Of a stretch of DNA of 64,000 nt, positions 1 to 10,653 are shown one piece after another. The stretch is taken from the NCBI GenBank assembly GCA_937625935.1, contig OW569357.1, positions 186,001-250,000 on the forward strand, read 5' to 3'. Source of the stretch: Tetramitus jugosus. Taxonomy: Eukaryota; Protista; Heterolobosea. Numbering within the stretch: position 1 is the first letter of the stretch; each line of letters begins with the position of its first letter. The notes under the pieces are model-generated. The model worked only from the letters and a program-made list of their open reading frames with translations. It made no database searches and was not told the DNA's origin. Made by a program: the position numbers and the translations under genes.

Positions 1-1252
1 TTTGCATGCCAATGGAGACTATTACATTCCATTGGCAACAACTGAGGCTGCTCTTGTTGCCAGTATCAGCAGAGGTATCAGTGTAATCAATCAATCTGGT
101 GGTTGTACTGCTGCTGTCATTTTGGAAGGTGTCAACAGAGATCCATGCTTCCAATTCAACAATTTGGTTGAAGTCGGACAATTCTTGGCATGGACCGCCA
201 CTCAATTTGACAATTATAAGCGTGCAGCAGAGAAGACGACTAGACACGGTAAGCTCTACGATATCAAGTACACGATCGAGGGAAGAGATGTTCACATGAA
301 GTGTGTCTATACCTCTGGTGATGCCTCTGGTCAAAATATTGTCACCATTGCCACTGAGAATATTGTTGAGTACATTGTGGAGAATTCTCCAGTGAAGCCT
401 GCTGCTCACTACTTGGAGGGTGGCATGTCTGGTGACAAGAAGGGAAATCACTCTGTCATGACCTATGTCAGAGGTAAGAAGGTGGTTGCTGAAGTTGTCA
501 TTCCAGCCAACGTTGTTCAAACCACATTGCACGTTACTCCACAACAAATGATTCAGGCTTGTGGTGTCGGTCAGAGAGGTCTCATGATGGCTGGTTCCAT
601 TGGTGGTTCTTGCCACTTTTCCAACGCAATCACTGCCATGTCGATTGCATTGGGTCAAGATCCAGCCTGTGCCGCCGAGTGCCACGTCGGTCTCGCTCGA
701 TGTGAACTCACCAAGGAAGGCAACATTTATATGAGTGTTACTGTTCCAAATATTTTGGTTGGTACTGTCGGTGGTGGCACAAAGTTGCCTTCTCAGAGAT
801 CTTGCTTGGAACTCATGGGTCTCTACGGTGCAAACAAGGCCAACGCTCTAGCAGAAGTTTTTGCTGCAGTGTTGATTGCCGGTGAGATTTCCCTGGGATC
901 TGCTGTCGTTTCTGGTGACTTTGCCAAGGCACACAAAATTTTGGCCAGAGACACTAGCGAACCAATCAATCTGGAAGTCGATTCGATCGGAGAAGCTTTC
1001 CAAAAGGCTCAAGCCTTGTTGGTGAAGATGTCGAACTTGCCATCAAAGGACGACATTATGAAGATTTATGGCTTGTACAAGCAATCTACTGTGGGAGATG
1101 TCAACATTGAGAGACCAGGTCTCTTCTCGTTCGATATCAAAGCAAAGACCAAGTATGATGCATGGGCAGCAATGAAGGGAAAGACAAAGGAGCAAGCAAT
1201 GCGAGAGTACATTGATCTAGTGCTTGAGATTGCAGCAGGTGGAAAGAAGTAA
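1..1252 (+). CDS. HMGR: Class I HMG-CoA reductase catalytic domain fused to a C-terminal acyl-CoA-binding (ACBP) domain; 5'-partial
   Basis: HMGR motifs PLATTEAALVAS, GDASGQN, GDKKG, GQD, GTVGGGT and GEISL, plus the C-terminal His (AKAH). The last ~90 aa have the ACBP pattern YGLYKQSTVG..ERPG..K..YDAW..KGKTKEQAMREYI. The frame is open at the window edge; stop TAA at 1250-1252. Confidence 0.92.
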   Translation, partial: LHANGDYYIPLATTEAALVASISRGISVINQSGGCTAAVILEGVNRDPCFQFNNLVEVGQFLAWTATQFDNYKRAAEKTTRHGKLYDIKYTIEGRDVHMKCVYTSGDASGQNIVTIATENIVEYIVENSPVKPAAHYLEGGMSGDKKGNHSVMTYVRGKKVVAEVVIPANVVQTTLHVTPQQMIQACGVGQRGLMMAGSIGGSCHFSNAITAMSIALGQDPACAAECHVGLARCELTKEGNIYMSVTVPNILVGTVGGGTKLPSQRSCLELMGLYGANKANALAEVFAAVLIAGEISLGSAVVSGDFAKAHKILARDTSEPINLEVDSIGEAFQKAQALLVKMSNLPSKDDIMKIYGLYKQSTVGDVNIERPGLFSFDIKAKTKYDAWAAMKGKTKEQAMREYIDLVLEIAAGGKK

Positions 1253-1514
1253 TTTCCGTTTTTCACCAATTTGTACCCAATTTGTATGCTGCTAGATATC
1301 GGGGTAGTGCTGAGAAGAAAACACTCACCACTCCCACATTCACATTCCATCACTTCTTCCTAGACGAGGCGATGACTCCATAAATAAAAACGAAACCTGT
1401 ACCATTCTACATGCCCCTTTGATTTGTTATGCAGTGCGGTCCTCATTTTTGGTTCGCCGTAATTGGTCGCCATAGCGACTTACAGTAAAACACAAACATT
1501 TTGCTCATCGTGTG

Positions 1515-2399
1515 ATGAAAGACCAGATGACGGATTCTGAGCAATTATCGAGTTGTAATCAAAATCTCCTTCAAAGGAGTGAGGACCACATTTCGGACAA
1601 TGTTAGTGTAGTTCTGGATTTGTCTGAGAAATTAATCAAGGAAGGAGGACTCAACATGATCAATGAGATAGTATGGGAAATGCAGAGTCAAGTGGAGAAG
1701 CTCAAGATCGATTACACTTCGCAAGAGCGAAAATTGACCCAATATGAGAGTATCATTCGAAAGCAACAAGCAATGATCGCCCAGCTAAAGAAGGAAAGTG
1801 TTTCTTTACCTCTAAAGATGACTGAGGATGAGAGGGAGCTTGGGGTAAAAGAAGTAATGAATACATCAGAAGTGACATCTCCTTCAACAACTCCAAGAGG
1901 CGAGAGACACACGCCAAGACCAGACGATCAAACAAACAAATTGAAACAGGAGATCTCAACCCTCGAGAAAAGATGTAAATTATTGGAGCGAGAGAATGCA
2001 CATTTAGTGCTACAAACACAAAGCAAATCCAACACCAAAATTCAAGAAGTTCTGTTAAAAGCGAATCAGAATCATAAGAGAGAACAGGAACGGTTACAGC
2101 TAGAAAGAATCAATGAAACCCAAATCTTGGAGAAGAAGTACCTCGAACTCAAGAGAACATCAAAGAAAGAGGTCGAGAAAATTCAACGTGACAAATCAAA
2201 GATTGAAGAGCAACTTAAACAAGAGATAAAGGTAACTACTACACTCAAGAGACAAGTTCAATCTCTAGAAAATGAGAGAGATTCTCTCTGGAAGCGAATT
2301 CAAGTGGAAACGAAGAAGATTCCAAGCCGTGCACAGACAGCCAAACCTCCGCTCATCTCTCCAAGACAGAGATTAACTAACAGTACATCAACACTATAA
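1515..2399 (+). CDS. Hypothetical coiled-coil protein
   Basis: 295-codon ORF with first ATG at 1515. E/K/Q/L heptad-rich with S/T/P-R linkers; no recognisable domain. Confidence 0.7.
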   Translation: MKDQMTDSEQLSSCNQNLLQRSEDHISDNVSVVLDLSEKLIKEGGLNMINEIVWEMQSQVEKLKIDYTSQERKLTQYESIIRKQQAMIAQLKKESVSLPLKMTEDERELGVKEVMNTSEVTSPSTTPRGERHTPRPDDQTNKLKQEISTLEKRCKLLERENAHLVLQTQSKSNTKIQEVLLKANQNHKREQERLQLERINETQILEKKYLELKRTSKKEVEKIQRDKSKIEEQLKQEIKVTTTLKRQVQSLENERDSLWKRIQVETKKIPSRAQTAKPPLISPRQRLTNSTSTL

Positions 2400-2581
2400 A
2401 GGGAAGAGTTCAATAACCTAGTGTCCGCAATAAAGAGGACCAAGAGTTCGTATAATTGTTCACATAGAACGTTCATCCGTTGTGGATACAGCCCCAAGCA
2501 GGCGGGGAAATGAACACCGTATTCGTTGAGTAGCCAAAATCATAGCAGAAACTAAAATCCTCAAGCACCTAGCATCAAAAT

Positions 2582-4583
2582 ATGGACCAGAGAGTGCTAT
2601 TGTTTATTCTCATTTGTACATTGTCACTAGTATTCTGTATTGAATGCCACACTCATAAAGCTCATATCCATTCGGGAGGTAGTCATCGATGCATCCATGA
2701 TGAACTCTTTGAGAAGGAAGCCAGAGCAGAGAACGGTATTGTTCATCAATTGAAGAAGCCAGCTAGATTCGAACCTCATATAGAACAGATGCTCCTCAAG
2801 AAGAAAAATTCCAGAGCTGTAAAGCAAGAAACTTTTTCTCCTCTGAGGATTGAGTTCAGAACTGATTACTTGGAGGGAAGTGTAGAATCAGCTTCAAAGA
2901 GAACTTGTTATCAAACAGGACAAGTATGTAACTGATTAATTTTCATGATTTCCTGATTCAATTAATGAACAGTTTGGATTGCAGAAATACAGGAAAGGAA
3001 ATCCCACTTCTGAATCTGTTTCTTGTTCCTCCACTGTCACGAGTGATTGCTGGGGAACTTGTACAAGCGATTTAGTAGTAACTAGCGCAATGATCAATAC
3101 AGTTAAGAATGTCTTGATTCCAGAGATTAAGGCAACATTTTCCAATTTGTTATCGACTAGGAAACTACCTGGATTCGCAGCCTGGCCCACTGGTTTTACT
3201 ATGTGTGGAGCTGAAGGGGGAGTTGAGCTTCCAAACGGCTTAAATGGTGTTGACCCTGAACTCTATGACACAATAATGTTCGTCACATTGAGACCTACAG
3301 ACCCAGGTGTATTGGGATGGGCTATCAACTGCCTTGCAGAGGCACAGTATGAAAGACCTATTGCAGGACAATTAAATCTCAGTCCATTGATTTTTAAAAG
3401 TCCCAAACTACTTCAGTTGGGCGTGATTCTTCATGAAACAACTCACGCTCTCGGTTTTAGCAGTAGTAGTTTCCCAAAGTTCATTGACGAGAACGGAATT
3501 AGAAGAACAGGGGTGACATCAACAAAGCAGAGCACCTTCACTGATTCAAGCGGAACTGCCCACTCGAAGGAGATTGTGTATTTGACGACACCGGAAGTAC
3601 TAAAGAGAACAAGAGATTATCTTGAATGCCAAACCGTGGATGGAGTCCCACTTGAAGAGTATGGTGGCTCTGGAACATCGGGCAGCCATTTCGAAAAAAC
3701 ATTTGTAATGAACGAACTTATGGTAGGCTCTGTTAGTTGGTTCAATCCAACTGAGACCTATGCTTTCTCTCAATTCTCTCTTGCAGTCCTCCAAGATTCT
3801 GGATGGTATCGATCCAATTTCTCTCAATCAACAGCAACAGTCTGGGGATCTAAAATGGGTTGCAACTTTATCAATACTAGATGTGAAAATTGGAACACAA
3901 ATCAGAATGCTGGATATTATTGCAATTCACCATTCCTGGAAGACGGGGCAACAAGAATTAACTACTGTACCTTCAACTATCGTTCAAAAGGATACTGCGA
4001 CATTACTACTTACTCCTCTAGGCTCAACTTCTATGAACACTTACCCAATCCAAACCAAGGAGGAAGTGATGACCTTATGAATTTCTGTCCCATTGTCTAT
4101 CGGTATGAAAATGGAAAATGTAATGATGTTGCTAACCAGGCTGTTACTGGTGAGAAATTTGGTGGTAATTCTGGTTGCTTTGATTCCAATTTGAGTCTGC
4201 TGGGAGCCAAGAAGAATACACAAGATGCTCGCTGTTTCCGTTATAGATGTAATGCTCAAGCTTACTTGGAGATTGTGGTGGATGCTCCAACAGGTGATAA
4301 GGTTTACGAATGTCCAAAGGATGAAAGTTATCTTCGGATTGAGAATGACGCACCCTATGGAATGTCTGGCTATGTCGTGTGTCCCAAGAATGGATACACA
4401 CTCCTGTGTAAGACACCCTTTGACGATCCTACAGTCACTGGCAAATTCCCGAATGTTGGAAAGAGTGGTAGCAACCCACTTTGTGATTGGTTTGGCCTCT
4501 GGTGCAGTCCTTCCAACAGAGTCACTTATTCGTTGTGGGTGCTCTGCTTGGCCATTCTCACTGCACTTTTCCTGTGTCATTAG
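2582..4583 (+). CDS. Leishmanolysin/GP63-like zinc metallopeptidase (M8), secreted and probably GPI-anchored; 2 exons
   Basis: Exons 2582-2923 and 2985-4583; the intron 2924-2984 (GTATGT..CAG, phase 0) joins them in frame. Signal peptide, propeptide HRCIHD, HETTHALGF zinc motif, SHFEK, NELM Met-turn, Cys-rich C-terminus and hydrophobic tail. Confidence 0.92.
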
Positions 4584-4780
4584 AGAAATGGACATATGCC
4601 CAAAACTACGTAATAAATCGACACAAACGTGAATTACAAAAGGATGCTCTTGAGGCCCAGCTCAGGAATTGGAACATTTTGGAGACTTCGACATCCCGCC
4701 CCAAAGAAGAAGAAAATGCGCGATCGTTCACATTCTCCAAAAAAAAACACCCAAAAAACAACAAACTAAGCAACCTTTTG

Positions 4781-5704
4781 ATGAACAGCAACAACAACAG
4801 CAGCAGCACAGTGACAAAAAGAAGTGCAAAACACACTGTCATTGCACCCACTCGTATTCTCTTTGATCCAAATCGTCATCATCATCATCATATCATTGCC
4901 AACAACAACAATCAACCAACAACAACAACAACAGCAATGAATAGTGGTGGTGACAGTTGTATCATTATTGAATACTCTGTGCATACGATTCCATTGCTGT
5001 TGAGAGATGATATTCGAACCATATTCCCAGCCATTCCCAGTGTTCAACCCAATCATCACTCACATATCCTATTCGTGATGCAACCATGCTCTCAATCATC
5101 AATAGAGTTTACAACAGAGTCCGAACAGGAGAAGAATCAATTGTTGTTCAATGTATGTGAGTGTGAGTGGGGGGCCCCTGACTGCTGCCCCTCTGCTTTT
5201 TTTTCTCTCCTCTGTGTGTTTTTATCTCGTGATATATTTTTTGTGTGAAATAACTAAACACTTGTATTGTATTTGAATTGTATTTTTATAATTCAACCAT
5301 CCATCCATCGTCATCGTCATTGTCACCGTCATCACCGTCATTATCACCGTCATCATTAGTTTGAATCGTTTGCAAAGGCATTGAAACAAGAGATTTGGAG
5401 AGAACAAGAGACATCAACAAGTGACATCAACAAGGATAGTTGGTGGTTCGATTATGCAGATCCAGTGAGTGGCTATCCTGCGACTACGTCACGTGGTGGT
5501 CGGTGCTTCAGTGATGTCGATGCATGTGAAGCAGTCTTGAGATACAGAGTGGAGACAGTGGGTGGTACTTGTCGCGTTCTTTCTCATCCCACATGGAGCA
5601 CATCAGTCTATCCCTCTGCCATTGTCACCAGTTACATTCCTCTTGCAGTGATACAACGAGCCCTCGAACATTTGTCAAACACACAAATTGAAGGTTCACG
5701 ATGA
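4781..5704 (+). CDS. MMADHC: MMADHC/CblD-like cobalamin trafficking protein; 2 exons
   Basis: Exons 4781-5152 and 5360-5704; the intron 5153-5359 (GTATGT..TAG) restores LLFN|FESFAKAL. Motifs IEYSVH, WFDYADPVSGYP and CRVLSHPTWSTSVYP match the CblD C-terminal domain. Confidence 0.8.
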
Positions 5705-5711
5705 ATAAAAA

Positions 5712-5725
5712 TTTTTGCGCCAAAA
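5712..5725. promoter_or_regulatory. E2F-like site upstream of RPB11
   Basis: TTTTTGCGCCAAAA contains TTTGGCGC on the minus strand, about 65 nt before the ATG. Confidence 0.4.
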
Positions 5726-5789
5726 CGAATAAGAAAACACAAATCTCCTTCTTCCGAATCGACACAAAAAAAAACAAACAAACGACAAA

Positions 5790-6170
5790 ATGAATAAGCC
5801 AGAGACGTATGAATTGTTTGATTTGGAGGATGATATCAAATTAAAAGAGGAACCCGTTCAAAAAATGATCAATGCATCCGTGTTTGACATCAACAAGGAA
5901 GATCACACCATTGGCAACATTGTTCGTGTCCAGTTGTTGGAGGATGAGACTGTCATGTTTGCTGGCTACAAGATTCCTCATCCACTCGAACATCGAGTGG
6001 AGATCAAGCTGCAGACGACGAGTGAATCCACTCCCAGGAATGCTCTTGCCAATGCAGTCGGAAAATTGACATCCCAATATGAAATGCTGAGAACAAAGTT
6101 TGTCGCAGAGTGCAACAGAGAAGAACAGAGACACATGGGATCTCAACAATATCAAGAGAGATCATGGTAA
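5790..6170 (+). CDS. RPB11: RNA polymerase II subunit RPB11
   Basis: MNKPETYELF N-terminus and KEDHTIGN..L..FAGYKIPHPL signature. Confidence 0.95.
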   Translation: MNKPETYELFDLEDDIKLKEEPVQKMINASVFDINKEDHTIGNIVRVQLLEDETVMFAGYKIPHPLEHRVEIKLQTTSESTPRNALANAVGKLTSQYEMLRTKFVAECNREEQRHMGSQQYQERSW

Positions 6171-6488
6171 TCATGATGATGATGATACTCAACAACAGCA
6201 ACAACAACAATATATAATCAACAACAATTGATAATATTCTTGATCCATGTTGTTGTTGCTGTTGGTGCATCAATCATTCATCATGTCTTTTCACTACACT
6301 TGTACAACAACACATATCAATATGGATATCGAACAATATGATGATGAAAACGATTAAAAATTGTAATTGCTAGAAATGTCAATGAACAATGAGCAGCCAA
6401 CAGAGGAATACAGTTTGTGTGTGATACTGATAAATATATTTTTTTGTACAATGGATACATGCATGTATTGTTGTGGATCTAGAGTCCT

Positions 6489-9400
6489 TTATCGACCATC
6501 AGCACCACCTTCTCCATTCATATCATGTGAAGCAATGTTGTGTTGTGTTTCTTGAGCCAGGTCGGAACAAGGTTGATGATGGACATGTTTGTGACACACT
6601 CTTTGAGTCATCTCATCCAACGCTCTCATGTCCTCTGTTAACTTTTGTCTCCAGTCTTGTTCTTCTTCTGATGTTGTGTCAATGACATCATTTCGGTTGT
6701 CTATTCCGATGTGTATGTCATCACCTCCATTGATCAGAGAGGAGAACGGAGCAAAGTTGTTATTGCTGCATGTGGAGAGGGCATCGTCTCGCGTAATGAA
6801 AGAGGGAGACCAATAGGGAGTAGGTTCTTGCGGTTCGGAGGATAGTGGAGAGGTTGGTTGCTGTGGAGAACTAATTCTGGGAATGGGCTTATCTGTTCGC
6901 ACAGATATCTTCAGTTGAGCGACGAATGAATCCTTTTGTATGTCTTGAATATGGTACCAGCCATCAATCTCATTCAGTCCATAGTACAGCCCACTAATAT
7001 CAACTTCACAATCTCCTATCAATATGTCTGCAATGGGAGTGACAGAGTGTAGGTTGGTTTGGTGCCACACTTGAAAAGTCAGTTTTTCAACATTGTCATA
7101 GATGGGAATCCGGCATTGGTAATGCCATCTCGGATGTGTTGTATTGACTGTAACTGGAGTTTGAGCCATAGAACCTGACAAAGGAGGTGTGGACTCTTCA
7201 CTTGTAGCTTCTCCTAAAGGTAGTAGAGTGACATAGCAGGATGGAACAGTCTTGCGATTACTGAAGGATACAGGTATCATAGGTAAATGTTGAGCCTCTT
7301 GGATGCATATGTTTAAATAGTTAATAGGATCCAAAGAGTAACTCTTATACCCCACAATTTCTTCTTGTATCTCTACAGAGGAGGTGTCGTCATCTTTGTC
7401 AGGAAGTTTTGCTGCTTGATTGGTGTGAATTGGCAGCTCGTCAATCGATTGAGCAGGAGAGAATGTTGTTACTACTTCAGCTCTGATTCGTTTCGTATTG
7501 CTTCGTTCGAGTTCTAATTCGAATGAATACTCATCACTTTGATCTGTTTCTTCTGTCACAATACATTCAGTTTCGGAATCGCTCCCATCTGGATAATCGA
7601 ATTTAGTGGCATCGAAGGGGAACTTGTGGTCACTATCTGGAGGTTGATCTAGAGGTACGTTGACTTCCAAAAGATACTGTTGTGCAGCTGTTCGAGAGAG
7701 GGTCTCACAACACACTTTCACCTTCATATGTCCTCCTGCTAGATTCGATGATCTCGGGTTGATGAGAGTATATATTCCAGATATGAACACTAATTTCTTC
7801 TTTGATACTTGTTGTCTCTCATACAATGGACCTAGATCGATGTATATCGAGCCAAGTAGCTTTGTGCTCAACGATTTCTTGTGAGCAGAACCTACTGACA
7901 TGTAGAGATTGATGGGCATTTTCTCGCAAGTTATTAAGTTGATGAATTTTTGGTTCATCATCCTCTTGTATTCCATTCCATATTCGAAATAGATCTTCCT
8001 TTGAGAGGTCGATGCTTGGTACCGTCGACTTTCCACTCGTTTTTCATCAAAGAATTTGTAGGAGATGTAGTAAGAGCACGATACATTCTCATTTTCTCTG
8101 AGCATATAGCTAGGGATAGCCTCCTTTAGTGTTTGCAAGGGGACATCTAACTCTTCAACGAACAGCGTAAAGCGACAAACATCATGAGGACTATCTGGTT
8201 CTCTTGTTTCATTCTTCGAAAATAAACAGCTGATCGTTCTTTCATCAAATTGGATAGACAACTCAACTGCACCCACCATGGTGCCAGACCCATAAATATT
8301 ATACCATCCGTTAATCCCTGATTTTGAGGTTGTCAGGTTTCGCAACGGGATAGAGCAAGATCCTAGAAATATGTTCCTACCCTTTCCATCATCTCCTGTG
8401 GTTCTTGTCACTGAAATTCTGTGATAGAAGTTCAGAATTATCTCGCTTTGCATGAGATGCGAATACACGAGTTCATCCACTACAACGTCCACATGCTTGA
8501 CGTAGTTCCACACGGGACAAAAAGTTCCTGCTTTTATCTTTGTTTCATCAGTCGTGAGTTCAGCTTCTTGGCCACCACTTCTGGTTGGTAGAATGTTGTT
8601 GAATTGGACAAATGAATTTACTCCGACTTGAGCTGCCAATTGCATTAAACTATTGTTCTTGCCAACTAATCGCGCAGCTTCCTGCAATCCAGTCGCTCTA
8701 CTTATCATGATTGAAATCCTGGAAACATGAGACAGGGGTAAGAAACTGGGTATGAAAACAGAAGAAGTGACTGCCGTTCGTTCTTCTTTCTCTTGAACGT
8801 GTTGCTTTTCATTGTTCTCTTCTATCGAGCTGTCATCAGTATCACTCCAATCAGACACTTCGACTTCGTTCTGTTTCGATTGATGCAATTTCGAAGTCTG
8901 AGGTGTTGGTGTTGTTACTTGACCAAGTATTTGATTCTTCAAACGTTCAGTTTGATCTCGCGACCCCAGAGAGACTAGAATCTTAAGTTTAGCGACATGC
9001 TTACTAGTGAGGGGATTTTTTACAATTACAAATCCGTCATAGCCAATTTCAGGGTATTCATTGTCATCCCTTGTGTATTGTCCGGTTTGCTTAGAGAATA
9101 GATGAGCAAAGTTCTTTAAAGGAAGGGTCGTAATTCCGATGAACGTTTCTCGCGATTCATCCTTAAACTCTATCACAAAGCTATATTCATTCATGATGTG
9201 AAACATGTCAATTATGGGAGTAGTAATTTCAATTTCTTCTATAATATCTTCCCACGTGTGCATCTTCTTTTTCAAATCAATGTAGTGAGGTTTGCTATGA
9301 CAATCGTTGATAGGAAGTTTGCATTTGAAAACTACTCCTAGTTCGTTTCCGAATGATTCAACATCCAACAGCTGAGACGACGATATTTGAAAGAGAAGAA

Positions 9401-10538
9401 CGAGATGATCTTGTCTGAGATGAACATGTGTATGCGTATGCCTCATAATCTTCTGTTCCTTGTTCTTCTTCTTTTTTGCATTGCTCTTGTGTTTCGTAGA
9501 TGACTTGTGATCGTTCTCCTGGGCCAAAATTTCATCTCGTTCCATCTCATCATCTCCATCTTCTCCTGTATTGTTTGCTGTTTGTTGATTGTTACTGTTG
9601 TGATTAAAGTGTTCTCGATTAATGATTTCATGTTCTCTGGCTCCTTCACTTGGTTTCTCTGCTCTCATCACAACTCTATGAACATTCTTATTGTTGTCAC
9701 TTTCATGATCATCCTCATTGTGCTCCAACGCATTTCCATACGACGATTCACGGTCATTTTCTTGTAGTTTACTCGGAGAAGTCTTAGTGCTATGGTAATA
9801 ATCAGGATGGTTGACCACTCTCATCATGTATTCATGAAATTGATGAATCGTGTCATTGGTTCTCTTCCAACTCTTGCTATTGTTTGCTGTTTTCTTATTG
9901 TTCTTTCGATTTAAAAGGTTGCGATTATTATTCTTTTTAGTATGATCATCAGATGATAATGACGAATATTCAATCTGATTCGTTTGTTCTTCTTCATCAT
10001 CATCTGAAGAAGAAGAACATGATGATGATGAGGAAGCAGATATGGAAGCTGAAAAATCACTGCCTAATTCATCATTGTTATTATCATCCTTGTAATTGGA
10101 TGATAAATGATAGTAACCATTGTCGTTGTGCGGAGGAGTAGTAGTCGTATAAGAAGGATAGTGCTGAGAAAGAATGTCATGATTCATATCATCAATGATC
10201 CTCAAATTGTTGTGTTCATTGAAATTGGGCTGTTGTTGAAACGATGACAGTTCAGATTGCAAGTCATCAATATTCTGAATCAATACATTGATCAGGTTAG
10301 AGTCGCTGCTGGGCATTGCTGGTTCCTTGATATGAACATTGGCATCGTGATTATTCGTGTCATGGTATGTTGTTGTTTGTGCTTCGTGCTTTAGAGTGGG
10401 GTTGGCACTTGCTTCGTTGCTACTACTCGCATCATGATTTTTGGTTGTTGTTGTTGTTGCTGTCACTCTTGGAGGAATGAACAGAGGTGTTGAATTGTGG
10501 GAAATAATGGGGTGATGGTGGTGGTGATGATTCATCAT
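6489..10538 (-). CDS. Multi-C2-domain protein, C2CD3-like (centriole distal end)
   Basis: Probable ATG at 10538 (the ORF track starts at a TTG). Several C2 repeats with C2CD3-type motifs: GVNSFVQF, FCPVWNY, SGINGWYNI, QEAQHLP, LNEIDGWYHI. The N-terminus is low complexity. Confidence 0.7.
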   Translation of the reverse strand: MMNHHHHHHPIISHNSTPLFIPPRVTATTTTTKNHDASSSNEASANPTLKHEAQTTTYHDTNNHDANVHIKEPAMPSSDSNLINVLIQNIDDLQSELSSFQQQPNFNEHNNLRIIDDMNHDILSQHYPSYTTTTPPHNDNGYYHLSSNYKDDNNNDELGSDFSASISASSSSSCSSSSDDDEEEQTNQIEYSSLSSDDHTKKNNNRNLLNRKNNKKTANNSKSWKRTNDTIHQFHEYMMRVVNHPDYYHSTKTSPSKLQENDRESSYGNALEHNEDDHESDNNKNVHRVVMRAEKPSEGAREHEIINREHFNHNSNNQQTANNTGEDGDDEMERDEILAQENDHKSSTKHKSNAKKKKNKEQKIMRHTHTHVHLRQDHLVLLFQISSSQLLDVESFGNELGVVFKCKLPINDCHSKPHYIDLKKKMHTWEDIIEEIEITTPIIDMFHIMNEYSFVIEFKDESRETFIGITTLPLKNFAHLFSKQTGQYTRDDNEYPEIGYDGFVIVKNPLTSKHVAKLKILVSLGSRDQTERLKNQILGQVTTPTPQTSKLHQSKQNEVEVSDWSDTDDSSIEENNEKQHVQEKEERTAVTSSVFIPSFLPLSHVSRISIMISRATGLQEAARLVGKNNSLMQLAAQVGVNSFVQFNNILPTRSGGQEAELTTDETKIKAGTFCPVWNYVKHVDVVVDELVYSHLMQSEIILNFYHRISVTRTTGDDGKGRNIFLGSCSIPLRNLTTSKSGINGWYNIYGSGTMVGAVELSIQFDERTISCLFSKNETREPDSPHDVCRFTLFVEELDVPLQTLKEAIPSYMLRENENVSCSYYISYKFFDEKRVESRRYQASTSQRKIYFEYGMEYKRMMNQKFINLITCEKMPINLYMSVGSAHKKSLSTKLLGSIYIDLGPLYERQQVSKKKLVFISGIYTLINPRSSNLAGGHMKVKVCCETLSRTAAQQYLLEVNVPLDQPPDSDHKFPFDATKFDYPDGSDSETECIVTEETDQSDEYSFELELERSNTKRIRAEVVTTFSPAQSIDELPIHTNQAAKLPDKDDDTSSVEIQEEIVGYKSYSLDPINYLNICIQEAQHLPMIPVSFSNRKTVPSCYVTLLPLGEATSEESTPPLSGSMAQTPVTVNTTHPRWHYQCRIPIYDNVEKLTFQVWHQTNLHSVTPIADILIGDCEVDISGLYYGLNEIDGWYHIQDIQKDSFVAQLKISVRTDKPIPRISSPQQPTSPLSSEPQEPTPYWSPSFITRDDALSTCSNNNFAPFSSLINGGDDIHIGIDNRNDVIDTTSEEEQDWRQKLTEDMRALDEMTQRVCHKHVHHQPCSDLAQETQHNIASHDMNGEGGADGR

Positions 10539-10610
10539 AGATACATCTGTGTGTTCAATTATTAGAGTTTTGACCCCTTTCGTAGTGTTCAACGCATGCA
10601 CAATCAAAAA

Positions 10611-10626
10611 GTGGCGCGCCAAAAAA
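10611..10626 (-). promoter_or_regulatory. E2F-like site upstream of the C2CD3-like gene
   Basis: TTTTTTGGCGCGCCAC on the minus strand, about 75 nt before the ATG, in a 115-nt intergenic gap. Confidence 0.4.
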
Positions 10627-10653
10627 TGGATACAATGGACCCAAAGCCCTTTA

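Noticed and set aside
4487-4780. 5' extension of the 253-aa ORF overlapping the end of GP63
   Set aside because: It starts at a non-ATG codon inside the upstream gene and crosses an A-rich leader. The ATG at 4781 is the plausible start.
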